64,000 nt of DNA, from assembly GCF_009914755.1 (NCBI RefSeq), contig NC_060932.1, one strand, 5' to 3'. Shown here in pieces: positions 12,865 through 25,452 of this stretch. Source of the stretch: the human T2T-CHM13v2.0 reference genome, Homo sapiens. The notes below the pieces were generated by a model. It had not been told where the DNA came from. It did no database searches and saw only the letters and a list, made by a program, of their open reading frames with translations. Numbering within the stretch: position 1 is the stretch's first letter; each line of letters begins with the position of its first letter. Made by a program: the position numbers and the translations under genes.

Positions 12865-13060
12865 TCACCATCATTTACTGAGCCAGGTACAGTGCCACGC
12901 ACTTTCTATACATTGACTCATGAAACCTTAGAATGGGCATTATTGTCATTTGGTCAGACAAAGAAACTGACCACTTGAATTTAAATAACTTGTCCAAAGT
13001 CACATACTTAGAATTAGAAAATCCTGCATTCAAGCAAAGTTCTCTCTGATTCCAAGTGTT
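12865..13060 (-). mobile_element. MIR SINE
   Basis: 'cagacaaagaaactga...aataacttgtccaaagtcacatac' is the reverse MIR core. Confidence 0.7.
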
Positions 13061-13569
13061 TTTCCCAGAAGCACTAGGTCATACAGCCAGACAGCATTTA
13101 AATCAATGCAAGGACAGTCAACCAAAAGTCAAGGACCATTTACATTTCCTGTGCCTAATCACTGAGTTTTTTTTTTTATGTGTATGATGTTGTAGGTGGA
13201 AGTAAAAGTGGACAAGCTGAAAAAATTCCAAAGATAGATAGGTAGGAGCCAGACTGGAATAATAGAATCAAAAATCCTGGAGCACACACTACAATTCTGT
13301 ATGCATGTATGTACACACAACTGTAACAGGGGTTTGTTAAAAGCCAAATAAAACACATTTTTTGTATTCATATAAATTATATGCCAAAAGCATGAATCCT
13401 AATTTTCCATCTTTAATAAAATGGAGATGAAAATGCTTTTTCATACACATCAAGACAAAAGAACAGAACATTTTGAAAGAGAAGGAAAATGTATGTTTTG
13501 GGTGGCAAGCCACTGGAAAAGGTGGCCTGGACCTTCCGCCACTCTTCAGAAACATTGGGTGGTAGCTGG

Positions 13570-13790
13570 GAGCCTAGATCCTGGAGCCAGACTGCATATG
13601 TTTGAGTCCTGGCTCTGCCACATTCTGTTTGTAGCAAATTGCTCAACCTCTCAGCAGAACTATGTTCCCATCTGGAAAATGGGGTTGATAATTGTTATGA
13701 GGTTTATCTATGTTTGCGTTTGCAAAGTGCTTAAAAGAATACTTGGCACATAGTAAATCACCATAGTAGATAAATGTTTGATAATTACGG
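13570..13790 (+). mobile_element. MIR SINE
   Basis: 'ctggagccagactgc...tcctggctctgccac...catctggaaaatgggg...cttggcacatagtaa'. Confidence 0.8.
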
Positions 13791-13869
13791 TAAATACTTT
13801 TTGACACTTTTGAGAATTTACTATAGGCCAGGGTCAAGTCAACTGTCATCTTTGTTAGACTGCTTTCAA

Positions 13870-13990
13870 TGTTTCAATCAACAAATATTTTTTGAATAAC
13901 TTTCAAGTTTAAAATAGTTTTCTCAGTCTGAGAATAGAGTGGTGAAGAGAACTGATACTAAGCCTGACATAACAGAGATTGCATTGGTCT
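13870..13990 (-). mobile_element. L2 LINE 3' fragment
   Basis: 'tcaatcaacaaatattttttga' is the reverse L2 tail. Confidence 0.5.
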
Positions 13991-14192
13991 AATCCTATAT
14001 GACCCTATCCATTATTTTAGAGCATTATATTAGAGTGCTATTCTAATCTATTAGAACATTCATTATATTTTTATGTAAATTTTATTTACATAATTATTTT
14101 CTCACTTCCGTATAAGGTTTTTAAGGGTCCGAAATATGTGTCTTTGTACTTAAGTGCATAGAAAGAATGGATACTCAAGAAGTGCTGATTGA

Positions 14193-14300
14193 GGAAGGAA
14201 GGAAGGAAGGAAGGAAGGAAGGAAGGAAGGAAGGAAGGAAGGAAGGAAGGAAGGAAGGGAAGGAGGGAGGGAGGGAGGGAGGGAGGGAGGGAGGGAGGGG
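14193..14300 (+). repeat. (GGAA)16 microsatellite followed by (GGGA)n
   Basis: 16 consecutive GGAA units at 14193-14256, then GGGA repeats to 14300. Confidence 0.97.
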
Positions 14301-14304
14301 TAAG

Positions 14305-14540
14305 CTGCATAGGTAAGAGCTCTAGCTTGAGCTCAAATCCCAGCTACTACTTAGTAGCTTTGATGTTAGACAGATTACTTAACCTCTCCAACCCCAGTGC
14401 CATCAGCTGTTAATGAGGATGGTGCAAATAGTGGCTAGTTGTATGAGGTTTTCTGTGAGACTTAAAGAGCTAATGATTGAAAAGCACATAGAATAATATA
14501 TGGCACATAATGATCACATTATTTAATATACTACTATTAT
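14305..14540 (+). mobile_element. MIR SINE
   Basis: 'ctcaaatcccagct...cttagtagct...ttacttaacctctc...tggcacata'. Confidence 0.75.
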
Positions 14541-15379
14541 ACACTAATTAACAAAATAAATTTTAGATAAAACATTCCCTAAAGATGATAGTATGATTCA
14601 ACATGCATAGATGCAGTTAAAATTTCTTGATATGTATGTGAGTATGTAATGGTATTCCTATGATTCGAAATAAGAAGAGCAAATAAGAATGAGACCAAAA
14701 GATTCAGTCTCTCTTACTTACTACAAATTATTTTAATGCCATGTGAACAAAACGATTGTAGTTCTGGGTCTCTGCCATATTGTTATATAGACCAATTGCA
14801 GCAAAGTCAATGAATCAAATGCAATTTAGTCTGGCTCAACTAGGTCCAGCTGGAGGCTGTTTCTGCACATGAAGCAGAAAAACCATTATAGACTATAACG
14901 TCTGCTCAGATCAGTCAGTCTCAGTCATTCTACTTGGCAGGCAATTGGTCTGTCTCGAATGATTCTGTGTGAATGATTCTGTAATGGTGGAGAAAGCACA
15001 ACCTTTAACCTGTAATAAAATAGACTTTGTACATTCCTCTTAACTCAATACAAGATGATCATCAGGCACGTAAGCTGGAATATCTTCTACATGCCTACCT
15101 GAGCCTCAAGGAAAGCTGCATGAATGCTGCTGCATGAAGGCCAAGAGGAGCCTTTTAGTCCTGGAAATTATATTGAGGTTTTATTACAAACACTAGGGAG
15201 TATCAGGAGAATCATTATAAATCACATTCTCTCCTCTATCTCATGTACGGTCCCCAAAGATAGATATGTAGCCAGAGTATATGAAATGAAAACTTTTCTT
15301 CTCATCTGCAAGCTTCTCAAGTGCAGATGTCATGTTATATTCATGATTGTATCTCTAGTATATACCTGAATGCTTTAGT

Positions 15380-15500
15380 TTACAGATATATAATGAGCAC
15401 CAAGCAATTGCCAGCTACTACTATTCAAGGAACTGAGAGTACAGGGATGAATAACATAGAGAATATCCCTGTTCTCTTGGAGTTTGCATGTTAATAGGAA
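15380..15500 (-). mobile_element. L2 LINE 3' fragment
   Basis: 'tgagcacc...atccctgttctcttggagtttgca' resembles the reverse L2 3' end. Confidence 0.55.
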
Positions 15501-15627
15501 GATCATATATACATATATATATATAAAAAATGTGATGTATATTATGTATAGTATATATAATATATAGTGACCATATATAATATGTAAATAGAGTGTGTGT
15601 GTACAAATATACAAACACATAAATGTG

Positions 15628-16112
15628 TGTTAAAGAAAAAATATTCAATGACACCTATTAAAGCACAGTAAGGAAGACTTTCTTATGGACCATCGAGATA
15701 AATTCAGGGACCACTGCAACAGTCTTGCAATGGGGGAGAGAGATTGGGCTCAACTCTCAATATAGCATGAACAAGTGGAAATGTATAGCTAAGCAGCAGG
15801 GTGGAGGTCAGTGGATGGAAAATTACTAAAAGAAAACATTAGGAGTAAGAGAAATTCTGGCTAAATCAACCTAAAGGGATTCTTGCTGAAGACAGGCAAG
15901 GTGACCAGGCATCACCTGGAGGATGGTGGAGAACCAGAGACTTAATCTGATATTATGTGTGATAAGATACGGAGGGCTGTGAGTTTTTGCTAAACTGACT
16001 TAACTTAGCAGGGCTCTTTGCTAAAATTGGATTTTACAAGAAGTGCATAGATGGGCCCAGGAGAAGGTTAAGAAGCTGGACTAAACTTTGGTCAAGCAAA
16101 GAATCTTTGTAA
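15628..16112 (-). mobile_element. LOR1-like ERV1 solo LTR
   Basis: 'tgttaaagaaaaaatattcaatgacac...gggaccactgcaac...gagagattgggctcaactc...gtcagtggatggaaaattactaa' matches the reverse LOR1 consensus as recalled. Confidence 0.75.
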
Positions 16113-17044
16113 GTGTGTAAAAAATATTGTAAAAGGTAGTCTGCAAATTTTTTGTTGAACTAAATATATCAGTGCTTCCTAACCTTTTCCACAAAATTTT
16201 CCAAGAAAAAAAAAGCTAATATTTGTACCACACACTGGGGTAAAGGAAAAGAGTGGTCACTTGCACTCACTTATAACTGATGTGATCTCAGAATATCCAA
16301 CTGTGAATGACTTCCCTGAGAGCTGAGGGGATATGTGGGTTACCCAGGTCAGAAACTAGGGAAAATACCTGAGCTGCTGTTAAGATAGTCTCTAGGCATG
16401 CAGTCAGACTGAGTTTAAGTAATCATCCATCTAATAGTACAGCTGGTAGCTGTGTCCGTACTTTGTGAGTTAATAGACTTTCAAACACCACTTCCAAGTC
16501 TTTCTCACAAAACTTGATTCTATACCTTTGTTTTGGCCTAGGGTACTGACTTATAATAAAGTCAGATACACTACTTTCTATGAGTTTTATTTCTACTAAT
16601 AGATAAATATTCCCTATCATTTCCTGTGGCTTTTTTCACCCAACTCAGATCTGTTTTATAGCTAAAAGAGATCCCTCTAGAATAGGGAGATGTGGAAAGT
16701 GGACCATGCTCAGTGGTTGCCTGCTTCTCCCTAGCTTATTTTCCTGCCCCTACCAGCCTTTTGCCTAGACCACAGAAAACACTGTGGATGTGGCCATCTA
16801 GCATGTGATAAAAGGTAACAAGAGCCAAGAGTTTTGTGCCTACAGGGCAGTTCTACTGTTTGTGTCCTGGATTATAGGGAAACATTTTATTCTCAAAAAT
16901 GACACAGGCCAAGGAAATGATTGGCTACAGGTTTTGTCAAAACTCACTACAGGAAGCTGAAAGGTTCATCATTGTGACCAATGACAACTAAAGAACTAGA
17001 ACCAAAGCAAAAGTGCCACCTCTTAGAATGAATTAAGGTGAAAA

Positions 17045-17820
17045 GGCTACAATAGATTGCAATATGGCCACAAATGCTTCCCATCCCAGGATGCACATTC
17101 TTTTGTTTTGTGACTTTGAGTTCCTCTCCACTCATTAAACATGGGATTGGCCATGTGACTTTCTTTGGTTCATGGAGTAATGGCAAATGTGACAGAAGCA
17201 GAAATTTGAAAAACTCTTCTAAATTGGGGCTGCCCTCTCATGCTGCCTTTTGGAATCCAGTAGTCACCTTGATTAACTTGCTAAATGATGACAGACAAAA
17301 ACCTGGCCCTAGCCAACTGCCAGGTAATCCGTTAGGCCATTGAGAATCAGCTGGCCATACCTACATGAGTGAGTCTAGTTGAAAGCAGCAGAATAACCAC
17401 CCAGCTGAGCCCAGGCCCAGTTGCTAAATCATAGATTTATCTAATAACCTATACTTAGCTAATAAAGTCATTGTTGTTTTAAGTCACTACTTTTTGAGAT
17501 AATTTATTATCCTGCAATGTATAACTGATACAGAACTTGTTACTTACAAATGAAAGAGAGATCATGTGGAGGAGAATTGAGGTATCCATTTCAATGGTAA
17601 GCCAGCCCCCAGTCATGAGAGTCAATTGCCACATATGTGAGTGAGGCCAGCAAATGCCAGCTGAATGCAGATGCATAAATGAGCCCAGAGGAGACCAGCA
17701 AATTACCATTCAGTACATCCAAGCCCAGTTGCCAACCTTCAGAGCTGTAAGTTAATAGACAGTTGTTTTAAATCTCTAAGCTCAAGGAAGACATGTTACA
17801 TGACAGCCATTAACTGATAG
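17045..17820 (+). mobile_element. MLT1 MaLR LTRs: one ~17045-17530, followed by the 3' part of a second ~17550-17820
   Basis: 'ggccatgtgacttt.tttgg', 'ccacccagctgagccc', 'ttgttttaagtcact' and the end 'taactgataca'; similar 3' motifs repeat to 17819. Confidence 0.7.
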
Positions 17821-18104
17821 AAAAAGAAAGGCGATCTGGGGGCAACATCAGTGACAGGTCTTTTCTTTGGATTCCATGTATTTTTCACAACAAAGAGATT
17901 TTGGTGTATGGCAAGTTGACTTAATTCTAAGCCCTGCTCCTTAGCTACAAGACATAAAATGTGGCAGATCTCAGTACTGACTGACACAGGAGCAGGATGA
18001 AGGCTACAAGTGAAGCTCCAGATTTGAGGAGCTGGGGAATGCTAAGACAAGGGAATAAAGTCTCTGGATAATGCTGCATAAATTTAAAGCATGCTGTGAG
18101 AGGA

Positions 18105-18320
18105 TTTCCTTCTTTTTTCAGCTTAATAATATCCCATCATGTATGTATACCACATTTTCTTTATTCATTTATCTGTTGACAGACACTTAGGTTGTCAATT
18201 AGCTTGACTGTAGTAATTATTTAATGGTGTCTACATATACCAAAACATGACATTATATACCCTAAATATATACAATTTAAATTCATCAATCATATCTCAA
18301 TAATCCTGGGAAAGAAAAGT
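18105..18320. mobile_element. Small old L1 (L1MA/MB-like): minus 3'UTR segment joined to a plus terminal segment
   Basis: 18105-18215 is the reverse L1 3'UTR ('gtataccacattttctttattcattt'); 18220-18320 is the forward terminal segment ending in an A-rich tail. Confidence 0.6.
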
Positions 18321-18854
18321 AGCCTGTTTCATCAAAGCAAATGAGATAATCGGATCAGAAAGGGTTAATTTTTAACTTAAATATTCAGTATGACTAGGAA
18401 TCCGTGAGTTACAAAATAGCATGTGGCTTGAGCAGTCTTTAAAATCAAGGATGTTGCCAATATTTAAAATGGAGTTTAGACAATATAATACTTCTGTTGA
18501 GCTTTCTCTAGAGTAGTGGTAGATAATGACTTTGAACTTTGGGATCCAGATAGAAGATAACAGGGCATGTTCTGGGTTATTTGATGTAATGGCTTGGTGG
18601 TCATGCTGCCACCCATCAATGCCCACTTTCTGGCATCTGGTCCAGGGTCTGAGCCTGGCTAAATTGTGGCCCATTCCCTGATAGCAGGTGCTAGACTGGA
18701 CTCTAACCCCGGAATCTGCAAATGACTCAGCATGGCCTTCTGGCCAATCAACACAGGCATCTTCACATCCATTATATCTATCACAATAATGGAAGAGATT
18801 TGTGGGTTTTATAATCCTTGTCTATCATTTTGGAATATTATGTTAGCAGAATCT

Positions 18855-18959
18855 AGTGGAAAGAGTGTGGACACTAGAGCTTGGGTTCAAATTCTGGGCC
18901 CACCACTTAAAACATGACTTGCCTTAAGAAATCACCAAAACATTCTGAGCTTGTTTCTT
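18855..18959 (+). mobile_element. MIR 5' half (continues at 20782-20870)
   Basis: 'agtggaaagagtgtggac...tgggttcaaattctgg...ctgagcttgtttc' continues as 'gtttcttctataagtggggaaaataac' after the insertion. Confidence 0.75.
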
Positions 18960-20781
18960 TTTTTTTTTTTTTTTGATGTTTTTCCCCACTTTATTTTTTC
19001 TGATAATGACACTTAGTTAGAATTTTAGCCTTGAAAAATGTCATATAAGCATATAAATATCTAAACATACATCTATGTATTTTCAAATAAATGTATACCA
19101 ATATCTATACACACATTTAGATAGATACATGTAGACAAATAATATGGGAATATACTTACAGATACATCTGCAAACTTATATGTAAAAAAGTTTTATATCT
19201 TTTATATCTGTCAGTCTCCAAATCAATGACAGATTTAATGCAAACGAAGTTTTAAAAACTCAACATAATCTTAGAGAAAACATCAAAATGATTTAAAATC
19301 TTATCTGGATGAATAAACAAAGAGAAAGGGATTACTTGTTTTATTTGACATTAAAATGTTACCTAATGAGCAAAATAACCAGCTAACATCATAATGACAG
19401 GATCAAATTCACATATAACAATATTAACCTTAAATGTAAATGGGCTAAATGCTCCAATTAAAAGACACAGACTAGCAAATTGGATAAAGAGTCAAGACCC
19501 ATCAGTGTGCTGTATTCAGGAGACCCATCTCACATGCAGAGACACACATAGGCTCTAAATAAAGGGATGGAGGAAGATCTATCAAGCAAATGGAAAACAA
19601 AAAAAGGCAAAGGTTGCAATCCTAGTCTCTGATAAAACAGACTTTAAACCAACAAAGATCAAAAGAGACAAAGAAGGCCATTACATAATGGTAAAGAGAT
19701 CCATTCAACAAGAAGAGCTAACTATCCTAAATATATATGCACCCAATTCAGGAGCACCCAGATTCACAAAGCAAGTCCTTAGAGATCTACAAAGAGACTT
19801 AGACTCCCACACAATAATAATGGGAGACTTTAACACCCCACTGTCAACATTAGACAGATCAATGAGACAGAAAGTTAACAAGGATATCCAGGAACTGAAC
19901 TCAGCTCTGCACCAAACAGACCTAATAGACATCTACAGAACTCTCCACCCCAAATCAACAGAATATACATTCTTTTCAGCACCACATTGCACTTATTCCA
20001 AAACTGACCACATAGCTGGAAGTAAAGCACTCCTCAGCAAATGTAAAAGTACAGAAATTATAACAAATTCTCTCTCAGACCACAGTGCAATCAAACTAGA
20101 ACTCAGGATTAAGAAACTCACTCAAAACTGCTCAACTACATGGAAACTGAACAACCTGCTCCCGAATGACTACTGGGTACATAACAAAATGAAGGCAGAA
20201 ATAAAGATGTTCTTTGAAACCAATGAGAACAAAGACACAACATACCAGAATCTCTGGAACACACTCAAAGCAGTGTGGATGTGGAAATTTACAGCACTAA
20301 AAGCCCACAAGAGAAAGCAGGAAAGATCTAAAATTGACACCCTAACATCACAATTAAAAGAACTAGAGAAGCAAGAGCAAACACATTCAAAAGCTAGCAG
20401 AAGGCAAGAAATAACTAAGATCAGAGCAGAACTGAAGGAAATAGAGACACAAAAAAAACCCTTCAAAAAATCAATGAATCCAGGAGCTGGTTTTTTTGAA
20501 AAGATCAACAAAATTGATAGACCACTAGCAAGACTAATAAAGAAGAAAAGAGAGAAGAATCAGACGCAATAAAAAATGATAAAGGGAATATTACCACCGA
20601 TCCCACAGAAATAGAAACTACCATCCGAGAATACTATAAACACCTCTATGCAAATAAACTAGAAAATCTAGAAGAAATGGATAAATTCCTGGACACATAC
20701 ACTCTCCCAAGACTAAACCAGGAAGAAGTTGAATCTCTGAATAGACCAATAACAGGCTCTGAAATTCAGGCAATAATTAAT
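18960..20781 (-). mobile_element. Composite TPRT insertion: poly(A) + ~390 bp non-L1PA sequence + inverted L1PA ORF2 segment, with 12-bp TSD
   Basis: TSD 'agcttgtttctt' at 18948-18959 and 20782-20793; poly(T) to 18974; reverse AATAAA at 18990-18995; plus-strand L1PA from ~19363. Confidence 0.85.
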
Positions 20782-20786
20782 AGCTT
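19394..20786 (+). pseudogene. L1PA ORF2 N-terminus (APE-like endonuclease and linker), inactivated
   Basis: ATGACAGGATCA start at 19394 and an early TAA (~19556). ORF 19688-20572 contains [14 protein letters not shown] and SDHSAIKL. Frameshift near 20460, truncated at ~20786. Confidence 0.95.
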
Positions 20787-21859
20787 GTTTCTTCTATAAG
20801 TGGGGAAAATAACATCTGTTTTATCAGCCTAGCAGTATTGTTGTTAGGATTAAAATATTATAAGCACATATATATGTATATCTGTATGTGTCTATGCATG
20901 CATATGTATAAAGTTATTGCAGGATTTTAATAAATATTAACCATGATTATTGCTGTTATTTGATAGCCCTATGACTCTGGCATATAATCAGGGCTAAAAT
21001 GTTAGAATATATTCAATCCTCTATGTCTTTGGCTTTGTATTCTAGTCCTCATATTTAGGGTAAAAATAGATCTGTGTGGGGTAAAGTGAAGAGAGAATGA
21101 ATGAGCATTAACCTTGTTAATGGCTGATACAAAGAGATTTCAGATATAAACAGAAAGTCAGTGAGGGCAGTAGTGGTAATTATACTCTGAAATGGAGAAC
21201 AGATTTTCATTTATCTCTAAATTTCTGTCATTTTCATTTGGGAGATTCATTGTATAAACAACCCAAAGCCCCTAACTATCTTACAAAAGAAAGACTGTAG
21301 ATGTTTCAATGCAGTAACCTTGCCTAGCTGCTGTAGCAACTATCCACAAGGCAGCAGGATTGCATTCTGTAGCCGCCAGTTGATGCCAATGAATAAAACA
21401 TCTCTGAAAGGAAGAAATAAATCATTTCTACTTGTAAGAATAAGTAAAAACAGAGATAATTACTCTTTTGCCAGAAAATCAATATTTTGTTCAAGGATCC
21501 CTGCCTTCTCTACTTAAATGTGTTTTGGTGAGTACTTTTAATTTTGAAAATATTTTGAAATGTATTTCATCCTTTTATCCTTCTGATATGATTCTTTTTG
21601 CAATGTCTAGAATGTGCATCTTTTGTATTCATTCATTTAACACTTTATTTGTTGGCTGGGTGATGTGTATCAGATATGGGGCTATGAAACAGAGATGCCA
21701 AATTAAGTGACCTGTGCATTCCCTAACCTCATGAGCCTGCACTTCTGCTGTCATTCAAGGTTTTCCTGCTCCACTCCCACCTGCCTTGGCATCCACAGTC
21801 CATTCCTAGGGACTGCCCTGTTCCCTGATCCCCTATAAAATTCATTTCCATACAGCATT

Positions 21860-22000
21860 ATGAAATACTTTATATAAATTATTTCATTGAACTTTCTTAG
21901 TAATTTTATCAGATTTATTTTATAGAGATTCTCATTTACAGATGAAAATACTGAACTGTAAGTGGTAGAGCCAGTGTTTAAATCTAGATTAATGTCAAGT
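21860..22000 (-). mobile_element. MIR SINE
   Basis: 'ctcatttacagatgaaaatactga...agtggtagagccag'. Confidence 0.65.
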
Positions 22001-22119
22001 AACATACATTACTTGGCATTATCATCAGTGTTTACCATAAAAAAATCCAGTTTCTAAAAATGAATTTTAAGGCCCCTAAAAGGCAAAAATTATAATTTTC
22101 ATTTATATGAATTGATTCA

Positions 22120-22270
22120 TTTTACATACATTATCTCAGTCAATTAAGCAGACATTTTAAGTCCACTACAGAGATGAGGAAACTGAAGACCAAGCCATTT
22201 GAGAAACATGTCCAAGATCACTTAGCTAATGAATGGTACAACTAGCATTCAAATGATATCTTAGGTCTAA
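22120..22270 (-). mobile_element. MIR SINE
   Basis: 'agatgaggaaactgaag...tgtccaagatcacttagctaatgaatgg'. Confidence 0.7.
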
Positions 22271-22672
22271 AATCTTCTTTATAGGCTATGAGGAACTTGT
22301 TACAAATCCAAAAATGGATTGTCCCTCGAGATAAACAAGGGATTTCCTCAACAGCAAGAACTTCATGACAAGAATGACTTTAAGGGTGTATGAGTAGATG
22401 GGGAAGAAATACAAGGAACCCCAATCTCTATCATTACAGAAACATTTATTAGTGAATTGCAGAATTAATTTTCTTTTCCATCTTCTTTAAAATGAGGTTA
22501 GAAATCTAAAAAGACAAAAACATGAAGCATATTTTATAAAAACATGATTGAGACAACTGGATTACAGTACAGAGAATATGAACTTAGATTTATCCCACAA
22601 AGTAAGCATGATAACTAATTCCAGATAAATCAAAGAGCAAAATTCAACATTTAAAAAATAGACAAACTTTTT

Positions 22673-23362
22673 AAGTCAGGAAACAACAGATGCTGGAAAG
22701 GATGTGGAGAAACAGGAACGCTTTTACACTGTTGGTGGGAGTGTAAATTAGTTCAACCATTGTGGAAGACAGTGTGGTGATTCCTCAAGGATCTAGAACT
22801 AGAAATATCATTTGACCCAGTGATCCCATTACTGGGTATATACCCAAAGGATTATAAATCATGTTACTATAAAGACACAAGCATACATATGTTTATTGTG
22901 GCACTGTTCACAATAGCAAAGACTTGGAACCAACCCAAATGCCCATCAACGATAGACTGGATTAAGAAAATGTGGCACATATACACTATGGAATACTATG
23001 CAGCCAAAAAAAGGATGAGTTTATGTCCTTTGCAGGGACATGGATGAGGCTGGAAAGCATCATTCTCAGCAAACTATCACAAGGACAGAAAACCAAACAC
23101 TGCATGTTCTCAACATAGGTGGGAGTTGAAGAATGAGAACACATGGACACAGGGCGGGGAACATCACACACCAGGGCCTGTCGGCGGGTGGGGGCTGGGG
23201 GAGGGATAGTATTAAGAGAAATACCTAATGTAAATGATGAGTTGATGGGTGCAGCAAACCAACATGGCACATGTATACCTACATAACGAACCCAGACATT
23301 GTTCACATGTACCCTAGAACTTAAAGTATAATAAAAATAAATAAATAAATAAATAAATAAAA
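22673..23362 (+). mobile_element. 5'-truncated L1PA (L1PA5/6-like) with (TAAA)n tail
   Basis: ORF2 C-terminus ([14 protein letters not shown]), complete 3'UTR and A-rich tail; no clean TSD seen. Confidence 0.93.
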
Positions 23363-23619
23363 AGAGAGCACTCTACTACTGAACAATGAAGAGTAAAATT
23401 CACCCCATAACCTTCTAATTTTTTTATCATATAACTTTATGATTTGATTTATCAGTTAAACGTCATGTAAATTGAGTGGTGCTCATTTACATTTTAACAA
23501 TTTTTGATTAAAGGAACAGTTACCTTGGAGTTCATTTGAATAGTGAGTATCTCTGTACTATTAAAGTATGGTTCTGTTAAATGAAATTTAAATCTACCTT
23601 CAGATTTTGCATGAGTCTT

Positions 23620-24000
23620 AACTGTTTTAGTTAGGGTAAGTGAATACCAGCTGCAGCAAAAGCGTTTAAACAGCAAAAGCTTATTTCTCATGCATACAAA
23701 GTCTTGCACCAGTCAAATATCTTTCCAGAGCTGCTTTTCTCTAGGTGGTGACTCAAGCTGCCTACTTTTCAAGTAGCACCATTTCAATAAATGGCCTCCA
23801 CAGTCACTGCCAAAGAGGAAGAGAGATTAAGGAGGTGGCATGCTTGCTCTTAAAAGCTTCAGCCAGAAATGAGATGCATCAATTTCACTTACATTTCACT
23901 GGCTAGAACTAGTCATATGGCCCTGAAGGATTCTGGGAAGTAGATTCTTCCTGTGTTCTCAGGAAAGCGAGAATACCCACATATAAGAAGCATCTATAGA
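23620..24000 (-). mobile_element. Old MLT1 (J/K-like) LTR
   Basis: 'aagcttatttctc', 'cacttacatttcactggctagaactagtcatatggccc'. Confidence 0.55.
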
Positions 24001-24820
24001 CTTTACCACGGTTCCCTTGCAACTATCGAAATAACATTTCTTTTACTAAATATCAATTTTTCCACTGATTTTTCTATCTTATAATAATTCAACATTAAAG
24101 CATTTGCTTTCACTTTTCAATATGAAATAAAAGGATATTTGACAAGCTTCAGACTTTTACTTTTATCTACAAATTATATGTTTTAAACATAATGGCAATG
24201 CTTCAACACAGTTTGATACATGTCAGTAATAGCTCTTAATGACTCAGAAAGAATATAATCATCTACAATGATCAAAACTAATTTGCCATAAAGAGTACAG
24301 AAATATCAAACAGCGTATTCTGTGGAAACAACTCCAAATAAATTACCTTATTTGTTATATCATGTATAATATACACTTTAACACTTCCATGGCTTTGTAT
24401 GGACACTTAGCTTCTCAGAGAAATTTTAGAAGATATCAATAAGGTTTCCCCTCACTGTGAAAAGAAGTAACGTGTCTAATAATGCAACTCCCAAATCTTT
24501 GTGGATTTTATTTTATTTTGCACCAATTATTTATTGAGTTATGATATCCTGGATGTAACAAAAATACAATAAAGATTTCCACTACATTCTACTTTGGATA
24601 AACAACAAACACACACGCATACGCACACCCTTTTCACAATTTTAAAATTTTAAAATTTTAAAATTTCCACATAATCTAATTATTCCACATAAAACTATGA
24701 GTTTTATGGATTTGGACACATAGCAGACCTCACTGACTATAGCTTTAGACACTCAGCTCCTGTCTAAAGACAGCATAAACTATCTATCTTTCCAGAATTT
24801 GCAAAAGTCTCTCATTCACC

Positions 24821-25030
24821 TTGTCTGATTCTTTCTTTCTTTCCTTCTCTTTCTTTCCTTCTTTCTGTCTCTCTTTGTCTCTCTCTTACTCTCTTTCTTT
24901 CTTTTTCTTTCTCTTTCTGTCTTTTTCTTTTTCTGTCTTTCTCTTTCTTTTTCTGTCTTTTTCTTTCTTTTTTCTGTCTTTTGTCTTTCTCTTTCTTTTT
25001 CTGTCTTTCTTTTTCTTTCTTTCTTTTCTT
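24821..25030 (+). repeat. Polypyrimidine (CT/CTTT-rich) low-complexity tract
   Basis: About 200 bp of almost pure C/T with recurring 'tttctgtctttctctttc' units. Confidence 0.9.
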
Positions 25031-25141
25031 ACTATTATTATTTGTGTTTATGAGTTTACTGTGCTTGTATCCTTTGCTGTTGTTTTAGTGAAGTTTCAAA
25101 GGGTAGTAGAGAGAAGTGCAAAATAACTTTTTAAAAGTCTA

Positions 25142-25452
<311 letters not shown>

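Noticed and set aside
14086-14413. ORFs with PSFL or EGRK repeats
   Set aside because: These are translations of the GGAA/GGGA microsatellite.
19688-20572. 294-aa ORF as a functional endonuclease gene
   Set aside because: It is an L1 ORF2 fragment lacking the N-terminal catalytic part (upstream stop) and frameshifted downstream.
24638-24665. 28-bp perfect palindrome
   Set aside because: It is a simple (AAAATTTT)n repeat, self-complementary by construction.
24821-25126. Phe/Leu/Ser-rich ORF resembling a membrane protein
   Set aside because: It is a translation of the polypyrimidine tract.
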